Part shown: positions 13,668 through 27,169 of the stretch, piece by piece
Position numbering within the stretch: the stretch's first letter is position 1
How the letters are laid out: each line of letters opens with the position of its first letter
Assembly: GCF_964204645.1 (NCBI RefSeq)
Contig: NC_134031.1
Location: 15,115,807-15,179,806 of the forward strand
Length of the DNA stretch: 64,000 nt
Direction of reading: 5' to 3'
DNA from: Tubulanus polymorphus
Taxonomy: Eukaryota; Animalia; Nemertea
Program-made: the position numbers and the translations under genes
The notes under the pieces: model-generated
What the model saw: the letters and a program-made list of their open reading frames with translations, nothing else
The model's database searches: none
What the model was told of the DNA's origin: nothing

Positions 13668-13984
13668 GTTTTATTGAAGCGCACGAGTGTGCTGGTGTGA
13701 CCTTGACCTTAGTGAGGACGATGGACTGAGAGAGAGAAGCAGCAGGCACGACTGTGCACGTGTTTGTGCTGTATGAACCACTGAGGGTAATCAGGACGTT
13801 ATATCCCATAATTCCACGTTATGTTGTATTAGTTTTATGTGCAGTAGTTTTATTATACGGAGGAGGGGGGCCATAAAGCGCTCCCCTCACTCGCCCCTCG
13901 TTCATTCCACTCGCGCTAGCTCCTCGATACTCTACGGAATTACTACTGTATGGAACGTCGTTGTGAAAACCAGCTCCAATAAAT

Positions 13985-14455
13985 ACCTCGCCTTTCTGCC
14001 CCTACCTCCCACTTCTAACCCCCTTCTACATCCCTCCCCTTTCTGCCCCTACCTCCCACTTCTCACCCCTCTATATCCCTCCCCTTTCTGCCCTACCTCC
14101 CACTTCTAACCTCCCTCTACAGTCCTCCCCTTTCTGCCCCTACCTCCCACTTCTAACCCCCTTCTACATCCCTCCCCTTTCTGCCCCTACCTCACTTCTA
14201 ACCCCCTTCTATATCCCTCCCTCTTCTACCTCTCCCCTATCTACCTCCCTTCTACTTCCCACTTCTATCCCCTGCAACCTCCCTCTTTTACCTCCCCTGT
14301 CTACCTCCCTTCTACCTCCTATTTATCATCCCTTCCATATCCCACTTGTAACTCCCCTTTCTACCTTCCCCTTCTGCCTCTTCAACCTCCCTCTACCTCA
14401 CCTCTATTGCCCTCTTTTCCCTTCCCCTTCCTTTTCAATCTCCTATCCCCCTTTT
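13985..14455. repeat. C/T-rich tandem and low-complexity tract
   Basis: Repeated cctttctgcccctacctcccacttctaacccc. Confidence 0.8.
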
Positions 14456-15757
14456 GATATTGTTATAAAACTATGCCAGGTGTATAAAAACCAGCAGCAC
14501 TCGTCCCCTCTAACTCTATTCTTTTCTCCCACTCTCTTCCCGTTCCAACGATCTCCATCTCTCATCTACGCCCTCTTTTCTCACTACCCTCTCTACTTTT
14601 CTATCTTGTTCCAATTTTCAGTAATTCTTACAAATTTTACGCCTTCTCATCAATAACTCTGTTTTCACAATCAGTGAATGTGTTATAGACGTTTTATAGT
14701 CGCGACTGGAACGACGCGATTTTATTGAACCGAATAAAAGACAGATAAAAGAGCGTTTTCAATATCAATTGATCGTATATATGGCTTTAAATGAGTTTAA
14801 TACGATACCGACCTGCGGGTGAGGGGAGGACGGGGGGTTTAAGGGAGGGGATGAGGGGGTGCGATTGTTGCCATGGAGTCAGCGAACCTGTATGAGGATG
14901 CATTTTTTTTTCTTTCCGACTGTTTTATGTCGGCGCGGTGCAGGTAAAAGTCGCGTCATCCGAGCGCGCGCTCCAACCACCAGTCCCAGACGCGTGGTCA
15001 TATTTTAGCGATAAAACAACCTCGTTCCCACGCCTCGTTTTTACGATGCAATTTTCTCCTTTGAAATTTTACGATCTCGCCGCCGTCTCTCGTAAACAAC
15101 GCTATTCGATGGATATTGGACGCGACGTGATTGGTCAGTTGATTGTGTCGATTCGTTTTTATCCCGTTCACCGTTTACTCGACATTTCCCTTCCATATTT
15201 TTGACCCGTCCGAATTTCCGATTCGTTATTTTCGCTATGATCATTAAAATTAACGTTTCGGTATGATTTGAAAAGGATTAGATTCGATTCGATCGGATTC
15301 GATTCAGATTAGATAAAACTTTTATTCTCCTTCGAGTAAGATAGTATAAGGAGGCTTATATGATATACATGTCTTTAAGATAGCATATCAAAACGTCGTA
15401 TGAAAAGAAATGATTAGATAGAAATCAAACGGAATCGATCATGCGTTTTCATTTACTAGGGTTGTAAAGGGAATTTATTTAATGTTGTCTGTACGCTGCT
15501 GCCACCTGATGTCATTAGTTTGAATCAAATGTGAGCGGAGAGTATGAGAACTCCACAGTTATCAGATTTTAGCAAAAACACATAAAGAGCTCCTCTTTAT
15601 GTGTTTTTGTTTCAGTTGATAGGGAATCAGACAATATCCACATAAAACATGTTTATTTCTACGTTTTAGAGGAACAACCAATTATATATGAAACGTAAAC
15701 CAGTTACATGAAGAAAATGAAAAATGCTCAATAATGATCATTTTAAAAGCAGAACTT

Positions 15758-16030
15758 GTTGAACTCGCCCTCATGAGGGAGAAAACTTATCTTCTGGAAC
15801 TGAGGGAGATAACTCACCCTCACGAGTGGAATTGAGGAAGAGAACTCACCCACATGAGGGGTACTAAGGGAGATAGCTCACCCTCTAAAACTGAGGGTAG
15901 AGAACTCAGCCCCCCTAGTGAAACCTAGAGGTGAGAACTCACCCTGACGAGTGGAACTGAGGAACATAATTCACCCTCATTAGTTGAACCGAGGGGAGAT
16001 ACCTCACCCTCACGAGTGAAACACTGAGGA
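15758..16030. repeat. Degenerate ~32-bp tandem repeat
   Basis: Repeated ggaactgagggagataactcaccctcacgagt-like units. Confidence 0.7.
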
Positions 16031-17037
16031 TCCGCACAGGAAACCGCGTAGTAGTTATTACTCAGGCTGCTTGTTTTGATGATTCACCGTAAAGAACGGC
16101 GGAAGTTCTGGGGATGTAAAGATTTTTACTGCGGCTTCAGAGACAAAATACATAAAACTAACATAACTTTTCTACAGGTTTATTACTTCTTAGAAATTAG
16201 CTGGCTACGATAAACCCTATAACCACGATCGCCCGCTCCGCGTGCCCCTTCCGTCCGTAGCTGCGGTTTATGAGATATCAAATAATATTATTTGAATCAC
16301 CGATTTATTCATTCAAGTTTGTAACCAGGTGGCTCCCCACAAATGTGCGTCGAAATTTATTCATGAAATTTATATGATCTGGTTTTATACGCTTGGTCTC
16401 TATCGGGTACACACTTAGTCGCTGTCAGTGTTACCGAGGTTACTAGTGGTATTGTTGTAGATTTCGGTCCCGCGCCGGAGATAGATTGAAAAACGACCAA
16501 TCGCAGCAACGTGATAATTGTGAGTATGAGGCATATGTTTAAAGGACGCGCGACCCCTGCGCGATAATAATCGTCGTAAATTCTGAGCTCGCGCGAGACG
16601 TTTTTACGGTTCTCGTCTTTCCACGAAACGGTTACGTCATCTCGAGATGTCTCACTTTCTCCGCAAGGGGCGACCTGCGATACTACTTAAATCTTTCACT
16701 GCTCTCACTGCTCTTACTGTTCTCACTGCCTTCTTTCTCTCTCCCCTCTCTCCTCTCACCGTACCCCTCTCACCTCACCCCTCCTACCTCACCCCTCCTC
16801 ACTCCCCTCCTGTCTCCCTCCTATACCTTATCACCTCTCCCTCCCTACCTCTCTCTCTCTCTCCTTTCTCTCTTCCCTCTCTCCTCTCACCGTACCCCTC
16901 TCACCTCACCCCTCCTCTCCCCTCACCCTCTCCTGTCTCCCTCCTATACCTTATCACCTCTCCCTCCCTACCTCTCTCCTTCCTCTCTCTCCCCTCTCTA
17001 AATTAGCTCAACTAAAAATCTTAATCTAAAATCTAAA

Positions 17038-17436
17038 GATGGCAATTTGTCACACTTGTGATCAGGAATTCAGTGACAACAAATTCAAAATTCTAGACAA
17101 AGGTTCATCTGATCTCGACTGTAAAATTAGGGAGGCCCTGTTTATTAAAGCGCAACGACCCTCTTTAAATCAACAATTATTTCAAACCGGCTCATCCTTT
17201 ATCCTAAATGTATTCAAATAATTAGCTTGTAATTAGATACTTGGTTTGTAATTAGCTTAGAATTTAGCACTTGTAATTTTGTAACTTATGTTGTATATAA
17301 ACCTGTAGTTTAATCATTTGATTCACTTGTATTTCGCCTGATGAGGGGATATGATCCCGAAAACGTTCGTGTCAATAAACTGTCTTTACTCATTAGAAAA
17401 TGAGGTTTTTAGTGTTATCGCTTCTATGGTCATTCA
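17038..17436 (+). mobile_element. 5'-truncated Penelope-like retroelement (GIY-YIG C-terminus plus terminal repeat region)
   Basis: ORF 17039-17221 FKILDKGSSDLDCKIREALFIKAQRPSLNQQ resembles the end of the PLE endonuclease domain (EAL.I...P.LN); hammerhead core and AATAAA downstream; direct repeat AAAATCTAAA at 17028-17037 and 17437-17446 as a putative TSD. Confidence 0.8.
17335..17372 (+). ncRNA. Minimal type I hammerhead ribozyme motif in Penelope element
   Basis: CTGATGA (17338-44), stem II GGGAT..ATCCC, GAAA (17359-62), palindromic AACGTT, predicted cleavage after C17368. Confidence 0.65.
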
Positions 17437-18140
17437 AAAATCTAAATGTTGACAAACTTTTGAGTTTTTATTTCGAATTTTTTTTTAATGAAAAATGATT
17501 TCGTCTGAAAAGTTTTTCATATTTCGTCTGAATTTGTTAATTTTCTCCCGGTATGTCGACAATCGAAACAATCTCGAATAACAACCGTCAATTGGTTGAA
17601 ATTGTTGAATCGCGAGTGTGGAAATTGAACTAAATTGTCGAAGGATCTAGGTGCGTTTTTTAATGCGCGAAACAAGACCGGGATATGATGTAATTTGTAA
17701 CGTTTAAAACGACGACAATAAAACGTAGAATGATTAAAAAAAACCCCTCTACAAACATCGATTATAAAATATATATTTCTAAGAATTGGAAACTTGTGAC
17801 ATACACCGCGCGCTCTCTCTCTCTTTCTCTCTCTCTCTGTTTCTCTCTTCTCTCCGCGCGTTTCACGAGTATAAAACCATTTATAGATTTTTAGAGGTTT
17901 TTTATGGCCACTTGATTCGTTATTTCGTACAGGGTCTGCCGGGCGCGCAGATTTTACGAGCGAACGAACGCGCAACACATCTCCAGCTGTACCGCCATAA
18001 ACCTTATATTACCTCGCGAGCCGATTGGTTTTGCCGCACTTAAATTCGCGAACTGGGTCAACATCGACTGGCGTTGGTATTATTCAGTGCATACTAGTTA
18101 GCGAGAGACAGTGTTAACCGGGAGGTTCTACACGGCTCGT

Positions 18141-18571
18141 TCAGTCAGTCAGTCACTCACTAGCTCGCACGACGCACTATTACAACATTGTCGATCTCTC
18201 TCTCTCTCCGGCATTGTTACTAATTGTTGTCCATTGTCGCGTCGCGAGTATCCACCGCGGCGACCAGTTAACGATCTCATCATCGTCGTGACGATGGAAA
18301 CCGAAAAGTTATCGTCGGCGACGAAATATCGTTCGAAGATCGATAACGAAAACTCGATCGGTTCGATCGAGTTTTTCTGAGATTTCGAAAAACTCTTTAT
18401 TTTCGAGATCGAGATCGAAAAAAAACGGAGCGAGATTTGAAGAAAAAAAAAAGTAAAAGAGGAAGAAGTGTTTCGGATTCGATTATTATGACTAACGGCG
18501 CTTGTTGTTTCTATAACGATCAAAATAATAGAATTCATCATCGTCGTAGCGAGGAGAATAAACTTTCGCAG
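18141..18571 (+). promoter_or_regulatory. Candidate non-coding first exon / promoter, probably of the TREX-like gene
   Basis: CpG-rich patch with upstream (CT)n, Inr-like TCAGTC repeats at 18141 and consensus donor CAG|GTAAGA at 18571/18572; a second CAG|GTAAGA at 20864/20865. Confidence 0.4.
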
Positions 18572-19973
18572 GTAAGATTCAGATCTATCTCTCGTAGTTT
18601 CGAAATAACTGATTAAAATACGGCGGTATTATTATTATTATTATAATTATTATTATTATTATTTAAAAGTATTTCGTAGCCGCTTGATACCGTAGTTTAT
18701 TATTCGCGTTTGTTGAGTTAACTTTTAACCGGAGGGGTTTGGACGTAGTGAACTATCAATAATTATGAATGAACTCCGCTGGCGAGAGTAGGGCCGATAT
18801 AGCTTGAATGATGCTCGTCTCGAATACGCATCTTTCGTGTCATGATTCCGTAGATTTGGCTTTATATTTGACTTCGAAGCCGGGAATATTTCGAATTTTC
18901 CGCCATTTATGCATATTTAGGAACTTATTAGGAATATATAGGAATTTGTAAATATCGACTCGGAAAGATCGGGAACTGAAGATTTAGTTAATTCTGGTCT
19001 CAAATACACAAAGTTCGGGTCAGATTCTGTAGGTTTGGTTTTATATTCGACGCTGGGAAAATTTTGAAGTATGTTTTCCCGTCATTTACATATATACATA
19101 ATATGAACTTATTAGAATCCGCTTAATTTGGATCATTGGGAAATTCATCCGGTTTATGGGAAATCCGGATTCAAAGTCATTTTCTTGTATATTCATGAAC
19201 AAATGGACTGCAAATATACGGATTACACCGAAATCCGGATTAAGCCGATCTGGATTAAGCGGGTTTTACCGCATCAACAAGGAAAGATAAAGGACTGTGA
19301 GAATTTTCTCTACTGGTTAGAAATATGATACAATACCAGGTTTAAAATCCGGCCCAGGTTGTCTGTAAAGCAGGCCCAAATCGATAAAACCCAGTCCACG
19401 GGTTTGATGGTATCGAGATCGGGATGATTGTATTGGAGAGATGTACATCGGTCGATGATAGCGAGGACATCATTTGACATTTTATCAGTTAATGTAAAAC
19501 TTCAATACAATCATCAAGAAGATCGATAGATCTAGACAACTCACCCCTTCACCACTTGCGCCTTAAACACTCACCCCCCTTCAACACTTACCCCTTCACT
19601 ACTCACCCCTCAATACTCACCCCTCAACACTCAACACGGCTATCAATGTGGTTGTATGAGATAAATGAAATAATTTTGAATTCTGTTGAACTGAGTTGGG
19701 TCTTAATACGGTGAAATTAGTTTACGTGGGGGGGGGGGCTAAGTTGAGATCATCGAGAATCAGACTTCAAAATATCATCAAAGACGGTAATCTATTCCGA
19801 GTGAAAGAGTTCAAAAAGGTTATCAAGATTTCGCCACTTGAGATGTAGAAATTATAGGAAGAGTTTTATATTCAGTGTAAAGTCTACAGCTATGTTTTGA
19901 GTTTGTTTTTGTGTGTTTCCTGTTTGATGTTTGAGATCATCAGTGATACATATACAGTATATTTTCATTAAAC

Positions 19974-20226
19974 AGGGTCCCTACGACTCCTTCATTCCTT
20001 GAAAACTATTTCTAAACTTAAACCATCCTTGAACATCCTTGAATTTGAGCAAAACACGCGAAAGTCCTTGAAAACTCCTTGAATTTTGAGAAATTGGCAA
20101 TTTTTAGAAAATGTTTAGGCCTAGTTATCACATACACAGATCGGACACTTCCTCGAAATTTGAAATTTTCTCCTTGACAACTCATTGAGAAGTCCTTGAA
20201 TTCCGGAATGACTGATCTGTAGGAAT
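19974..20226. mobile_element. Degenerate MITE remnant
   Basis: cagggtccctac start, ..gtaggaa end, internal tccttgaa repeats. Confidence 0.4.
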
Positions 20227-21309
20227 GATTCGTATGAGCATGCACTCACTGTTCGGGTCAGTGTCGGTGCTAGTATTCGCTAGTACCTCCTCCGTCGCCG
20301 TTCCGGTCAAGTTTATAGAAGCCGCGCATTACGAATTGCGGTAATTTATTTCGCATTACGAATTACGGTAATTTATTTTGCACCTAATTTTCGGGTCAAG
20401 TTCGACGACGACAGTGGCGGTGACAATGATTAAGTTTCGAACGGATTTTATTGTTTATTGTTGTCTCTTACCGGGCGTCGCGGGGCGGCCGCGGGCTGCG
20501 GGGTGTGAGAACACGAGTACCAGGTACGATCATAATACAACACGGCGCGGTTCTATATGTCGCCCGTAATGTTTGGGTTCCTTTGATCTGATATCAGCGT
20601 GGGTTCATTGTGGCTTCCTTTGATCGGTCTCTGTTGTTATGATAAGATTTCGGTTTTTATGTTCTACAGTTGACATTCGACCCGCTGAGTGCATTTCAAT
20701 AATTACTGCTTTACGCGTTTCACGCCGGCTGGCCGATATATTGTACAAAAACCGAGACACCGCCGGTCGGTGTCGGGTATATAGACACGAATACACGAAC
20801 ACTTCCGTCGTGAGTTTTTAGAATGGTTTTTACAAATAAACATTCTTAGGCCTATAAGATTCAGGTAAGAAGGAAATTTCACACTCGATGTAACCAACCA
20901 ACCAGGTTATATTTTTTCTTTTTGCGTTCTTTTAAAATCTTAGAATAGGGATTGACCTTGTTATTTATTTGGTTGGTAATTTACGTTCGACTTTTTTTTT
21001 GGATTGAGTGTCCCGTTACAGACCCACCACAAAGTAGGGACACGTGAGCGTATTTTTTTGCCCGAAAACGAGCGGGCGGGCGGGCGGGCGCACGTAGCGA
21101 TCAAATCGATATTCCGGCAGCGTACGTTGCTTAGCGGGCGATGGCACGGCCATTTTGACAAATCGCGATGCATCCTATTGGTAGGTGCGGGCAGACGAGC
21201 GCTCAGATCGCTGGCGTATATAATCGGGCGACGATATCAAAAACATGTTTGATACGGGCGATTCATCGGGCGATCAAAATCGTCGTCGCCGGGATTGCTC
21301 ACACGACGG

Positions 21310-21720
21310 ATAAACAGATTTACTGGTCCCCGTGAAGTTAGTTGTAACGAGGTCCCGCTGTACATAGAACTATCGGTATTAGTTATAATGGACAGATTTG
21401 TTGGTGTCTTGAAGTACGTTTAAACGAGGTTCCCTAGCGCTACCAGTTTCAATAAATTGATTTTCAGGTGCTCTGGAGTTCGTCGCAATGAGGTTCCGCT
21501 GTATAGAGAACTATCACTTATGAAGATCAGATTTTCTGCACCTCTAAAACTCGTTGTTACGAGGTTCCGCTGTATAGGGAACTATCACTTATGAAGAACA
21601 GATTTTCTGCACCTTTTCTGAAGTTCGTTGTAAGGATCTTTAGCACAATCTGTTATGCCAAATGGATTTTTTTATCCCCCTGAACGTCGTCATAACGATG
21701 TCCCCGCTGTATATAGAACT
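21310..21720. repeat. ~70-bp tandem repeat derived from a Tc1/mariner-type MITE end
   Basis: Repeated gttcgttgtaacgaggttccgctgta, the reverse complement of the TIR at 60731 (tacagtgggacctcgttacagcgaac). Confidence 0.75.
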
Positions 21721-22301
21721 ATTAACATATCAGTGGATGAATCAATGATGTTTGAATCAGCTGTTGCCGATGTTTGTCGGTCGGTCGTTTGGTCGAGTGG
21801 TCATTTGACGATTGATGTCGAAATAATCTGTCTAAATCTCAATCTGTTGACAATTTATACAACTGAGGACAACTGGGGATGAGGAGAGGAGGGGATGAAT
21901 GGAGGAGGGGGTCGGTTTACGATCACGTATTGATTGATTAGTCGTGGTAACTGCGAATTCTGCAAACACTTGTTGCGAAAGTTTAATATATAGTTCATTA
22001 GGCCTGTAAAAACCGTTACAAAAGATGATTATATGCATTGATACCTAGTATGCCGTTATTCAAGCGGTTCTGTGTGAGTCGATGAGCTCGGTAACCGGTG
22101 AAAAATAACCACCGGTAAAAATCCCCCCTAATTCGATTGTCACAGCAAAATTCAATAAAGTACGTCTATATTCTTATGTTTGAAAACTTTAATAACTTTC
22201 AAAGCACGTTAATTTTCCTATAGTTTGTATCATCTCTGATTACTTGAATTGATCTCTTTGTCTCTGGATTGTATATATATCTCATAATTTTTGTTGTAAT
22301 T

Positions 22302-22354
22302 CATTATTCATTATTATTATTTCATTATCATTATTATTAGCATTACTATTATTA

Positions 22355-22394
<40 letters not shown>

Positions 22395-22456
22395 CATTAT
22401 TATTATTATTATTATTACTGTTATTAGCATTACTATCGTTATCATTACCATTATCA
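22302..22456. repeat. (ATT)n microsatellite
   Basis: Directly visible. Confidence 0.95.
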
Positions 22457-23549
22457 ATCTTCTTCTTTTTTTTTTCTCTAGGGGGCCTGAACGTCCTAGT
22501 GATTGTACAGCCTTTAAGGCTCTGTTCTGGTCCCTCATCATCAATCTACTTATTTGTTATAAATTTTATTTGTAATTATAATTGATGATGAAATAAATTA
22601 CATTACAAAAAATTACATTACAATATTCCTGAAAATGACAGACGGACTCAGAGTGCTTCATCAATGGTTAAAATAAGGACAACATCAGTATTCCCTAAGA
22701 TGACTATTAGGATAAAGTCGAAACATTGAATAAACTACTTTAGCTTGAGTTACATTTTCTGACTTTTCGTTATTATTGTGGGATTCTCTCTAGTGAACTT
22801 TCAAAAATTTTTAATTTTCCAAGGCGTTGTTCGCGATATTCACCTCGGATAATCTGTGATTTTTACCGAGCTGCCTGCATGAAAATGACATTATCCTGTG
22901 ACTTTTAGATAGCTACATGCATAAGGAATTTCTATGAAGAAATCTGGTTTAAAAGCAATAGTAAAATATCTATGTAGAATATTATTGTAGGAAGTATTAT
23001 CGGTTGTCATTTAGGTTTTATACTTAAGTTTGATAGAAAACTGAATTTTGGCTTTTATTTTTTATTGACATATGACATTTTTTATTAACAAATGACATAT
23101 TTCATAACTTATTTTATTCGGGATAAATTTCGATAATGGTTTTTAGAGGACGTGAACTATACGTCATTGATATATCGGGGCTAGACTGGTTGCCATTCAA
23201 TTCAATTATCAATATATCGATATATTCAAATCTTGACAATAATAATCTAATTATAATCAGATAATATTTCATGATGCGTGTTTTTTTGCTAGGCGTCAAT
23301 GAACTTTCAAGTTTTTGTTTTCTGGTTTAGTTATGTCATAGTTGACCCCGATCATTCAATCAATATCATCAGTTAAAACATGTCAGAATCGATTTATATG
23401 AATTGTGAGTTGAATGGTTTTTCGGCCTTGGATTGAAACAATGAAACTCAATTGTAAGCACATACACATGTATATAGTAGTACATCGAGATCTATAATCA
23501 TTATAAGTGTTTCAAACACAGACAGCTGTACTGATACTCTCAAAACCTA

Positions 23550-23940
23550 CCACCTCTCTTTCCCCCTCTCTTCCTCTCCTCTCCCTACCTCTCTTTCCCC
23601 CTCTCCTTCCCATACCTCTCCTCCCTCCCTCTCCCTTTCTACTGATACTCTCCCTACCTCTCCTCCCCCTTCTCTCCCATCCTCTCTCCTCTCCCTACCT
23701 CTCCCCTCTCCCTCTCCCTTTCTACCTCTCCTCTCCCTACCTCTCCTCCCCCTTCTCTCCCATCCCCTCCCTACCTCTCCCCTCTCCCTCTCCCTTTCTA
23801 CCTCTCCTCCCCCTTCTCTCCCATCCTTTCTCCTCTCCCTACCTCTCCTTTCCCTACCTCTCCTCTCCCTGCCTCCCTCCTCTCCTTGACTCCCATCCCT
23901 CCTTACCCCTCCTTCCCTCCCTACCTCTCCTTCTGTTCCT
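23550..23940. repeat. Polypyrimidine low-complexity tract
   Basis: Runs of ctctcctctccctac; explains Pro/Leu/Ser ORF 23507-24049. Confidence 0.85.
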
Positions 23941-25389
23941 CATTCGAGCTCCTAAAATAGCACGAGACACTAATTATTTACAAATGTCATCGCACAATCT
24001 CGTTCGGCTCTATGTGCGTGTGTCTCGCTGTCATCATTCGTTATTATAGATTTTTAAAGAATAGAGACAGAAACCTGACAGTTTTTATTTGTTGCTGGTG
24101 CGATCAGAGGAAGGGTTCATTCGGTTCAGTGTAGAGACTGACTGTATACACACACACACACGCACACAATACACCTGTTTACATAGTCACACTTACAATG
24201 TCACATATCAGACAATGTATGTATATACACCGCAATAATATTTCTAAACCCCGCCAAAATACTCCCTCAGCCCCCCCTTATATACACATACGTACTAATA
24301 AAAGTTCCTCGGTTGCATATTTTTATGACGCTCTCTATTAGACAGAAAAGTTAATCTTTATTCCGAAACATAGCTATTGTTGATGTCCTATAAGTTTATA
24401 TGCTACGTTACTTCTGTTTTCCTGGTCATGCCACCTGATGATGGCTGTTAAATTTCATCGTATAAAATTCGAATTGTGGGACTTCTTCCATTATCTACAG
24501 TGTACGCGGAATAAGGTGTTTCATTTGACTACTACGAGATGCCGTTGTGAGGTCTGTTCATTTCTCCCCCTCGCCTCCCTTCTACCTCCTATCCCCTCTG
24601 CGCGTTTCGCAAGAGTAAAGCCATCTTAAAAAAAGAACCGAACGACCTCTGCGGTAAGCCGCTGTTACCGTGGTTTCCCGATATCCGTTAAGCCCGCGCG
24701 TTGCCGTTCTGAACCGTACTGAACCGCTCGACTCAAATCCTATACATGTTACAATCATAAATAATAGCAATATTCGGAATATTCACTTATAGCGTTATAC
24801 CGGCGCGCCGAGCTCACCGCGCAACGAGATAATCTCGTCGGGATTATCTCCGGGATTAAGTCGGCTGATATCCTACGGTTAATCGTGTTTTCTTGCCCTC
24901 GCGTACTCTGTACGGACCCACGTCGGGTCGGTCGACCGGGATGCGAGACATTTACGCAAACTTCGCTAAACAAATAACTGTGTTTTATGGATTTGAGTAT
25001 GATCTATATATTAATGTCGGCTCAGTCAGGGTAGACGGGCTCTCGTACAGTCGCCGTGGCTTAACGCGCTGAATACATCTTAAGCCTTTTTTATCCTATT
25101 CAATATTATGTAATTCGGTTCTGATCCCCGGGTTGTTGTTTATACGCGCGCGCTCGAAGTTCAAGCGCCGAATACTCCGGAGCCGGTTGCGCAGTCGGGG
25201 CTTACGTTTAAGACCGGTCTAAGCCCGTTACGTTTCTTCAGTCAATCAAACACGACTCGTGATGAGCAGTCGTAGGATTTAAGACCACTTGAGGCGTCGC
25301 TGTAGAACCATCAGGAGGTGGCCTCGGTCTCTCGAAAACATGCCCTGTGATTAAATCTTTCCTTCTTAGTGGACAGAAGTTTAGGATGC

Positions 25390-25398
25390 TTATATATA

Positions 25399-25488
<90 letters not shown>
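25390..25488. repeat. (TA)n microsatellite
   Basis: Directly visible. Confidence 0.95.
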
Positions 25489-25491
<3 letters not shown>

Positions 25492-25845
25492 CTATAGTGG
25501 CATCCTGTCTACGCTGTCAGGGGTCGATATTTGTAATTTTATCATCACTGGCGATAAATCGATAAAAACCATGACAACCTGAGGAACAATGCAGGTCTGC
25601 CAGACCGACGGACGAAGAAATCCTCGAAAGGGAGGACCTAATTTTAGTGATTACTGCTCTATCTCTCTCTAATGCGGCGGCATCATACCTTTATTGTGCT
25701 AAGTTTTATTTCTTTTTTTTTATTTGGAAATCCATTGTTCTCATCTCAAACAGGATCCATTGTAAGATGGAACTCTCAGGTGTTTTGGGTGCCGGTTACT
25801 TGACGATATGGTTCTAAATTACTCTAACTTAATGACACTCGACTT

Positions 25846-26115
25846 TAAACCAGTCTAAGCTCATTTTGGTTCTGACCAGTCTAAGTTCATTTTGTTTCTA
25901 TAGCCAATCGAACAACTTAAGACCAGTCCAAGCTCATGTTTGTTCTATAATCAACCTAACATCTTAAGACTAGTCCAAGCTCATCATTGTTCTGTAACCA
26001 ACCTAACAACTAAGACTGAACAAGCTCATTTTGGTTCTATAATCAATCTAATAACTTGAAACCAGTCTAAGTGCATTTTGGTTCTATAGCCAATCTATCA
26101 ACTTAAGACCAGTTT
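25846..26115. repeat. 47-bp tandem repeat derived from a MITE interior
   Basis: Unit aagaccagtctaagctcattttggttctatagccaatctaacaactt matches the interior of the MITE at 48666-48801 and the element at 63894-64000. Confidence 0.8.
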
Positions 26116-26499
26116 CAAGACCTGCGTAAAACTTGGGTGCTGAAGTACATCATCTGATTCTGCGATGACCTTATTTTGATCTGGTTTTGCGTTTAGTCTA
26201 TATAGACCTTGGTAGTTGATGCCTGCTACCAAGAAAAGCAATTCACGACAGCTTGGTTTATTACCCCGACTGGAGTGTTGTGAATGCCGATATTCTGCGC
26301 GTTAGATCATAAAACAGGCTCAACTCTGTGCAACATCTAGGTGAATAACATATAACTGTACATAAAACAGCTATATACAGTATACCCTCGCTATCTCGCT
26401 ATGTATGTGCGAGGCCTGCAGCTGGCTCGACTATACCAGACCCCCCTGCTCCCAGCCAGGAACTTAAGTTCCACCTGCTCCTAGGCAAGACCCCCTCCC

Positions 26500-26755
26500 C
26501 CTGCCACTAGCCCTTGTCACTGCTCCCCCTGTCACTAACCCCTGTCACTGCTCCCCTGCCACTAGCCCCTGTCACTAACCCCTGTCACTGCTCCCCCTGC
26601 CACTAGCCCCTGTCACTAACCCCTGTCACTGCTCCCCCTGCCAGTAGCCCCTGTCACTGCTTCCCCTGTCACTAGCCCCTGTCACTTCTCCCCTGTCATT
26701 TCCCTTTCCTGTCACTACCCTCTCCCCTGTCACTTCCCCCTTCCCCTGTCACCCC
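26500..26755. repeat. 13/14-bp minisatellite
   Basis: Repeated cccctgtcact(ag/gct). Confidence 0.85.
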
Positions 26756-26844
26756 TCCCTATGTAACACTTGATGTGATTTCTCTTTATGAATCCGTATA
26801 ATATTGTTGTACATTATCAGGTTAACACACGCTCAGATAAAACT

Positions 26845-27133
26845 ATGACATCTACGGAGCATCCGACAGCATCCAGTGACCAGCAGCAGCAGCAGCGGGA
26901 GCGAGAGGATGAGGTCGATCGAGTGATGACTTACGTATTTCTCGACCTGGAAGCGACCGGACTCGCCGGAATCGGAGAACGTCCGAAGATCACCGAACTG
27001 ACGTTCGTCGCCGTTCATCGAGACGAACTCGTCAACGCGTATAAATTCAAAGTGTTTCCACGGATACTCAACAAACTGACCGTATGCGTCGATCCGAAAA
27101 AAATGATCACTCCTAAAGCTATGGAACTGACTG
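26845..27133 (+). CDS. TREX1: TREX1/TREX2-family DEDDh exonuclease homologue, coding exon 1
   Basis: TYVFLDLEATGL (ExoI), PKITEL, PRILNKLTVCVDP parallel the TREX1 N-terminal motifs; acceptor ttatcag|26821, ATG 26845, phase-1 donor G|GTAGGT. Symbol denotes family; TREX1 versus TREX2 orthology not resolvable. Confidence 0.88.
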
Positions 27134-27169
27134 GTAGGTTTAACTCTTAAACTACTTATATCAATATCA

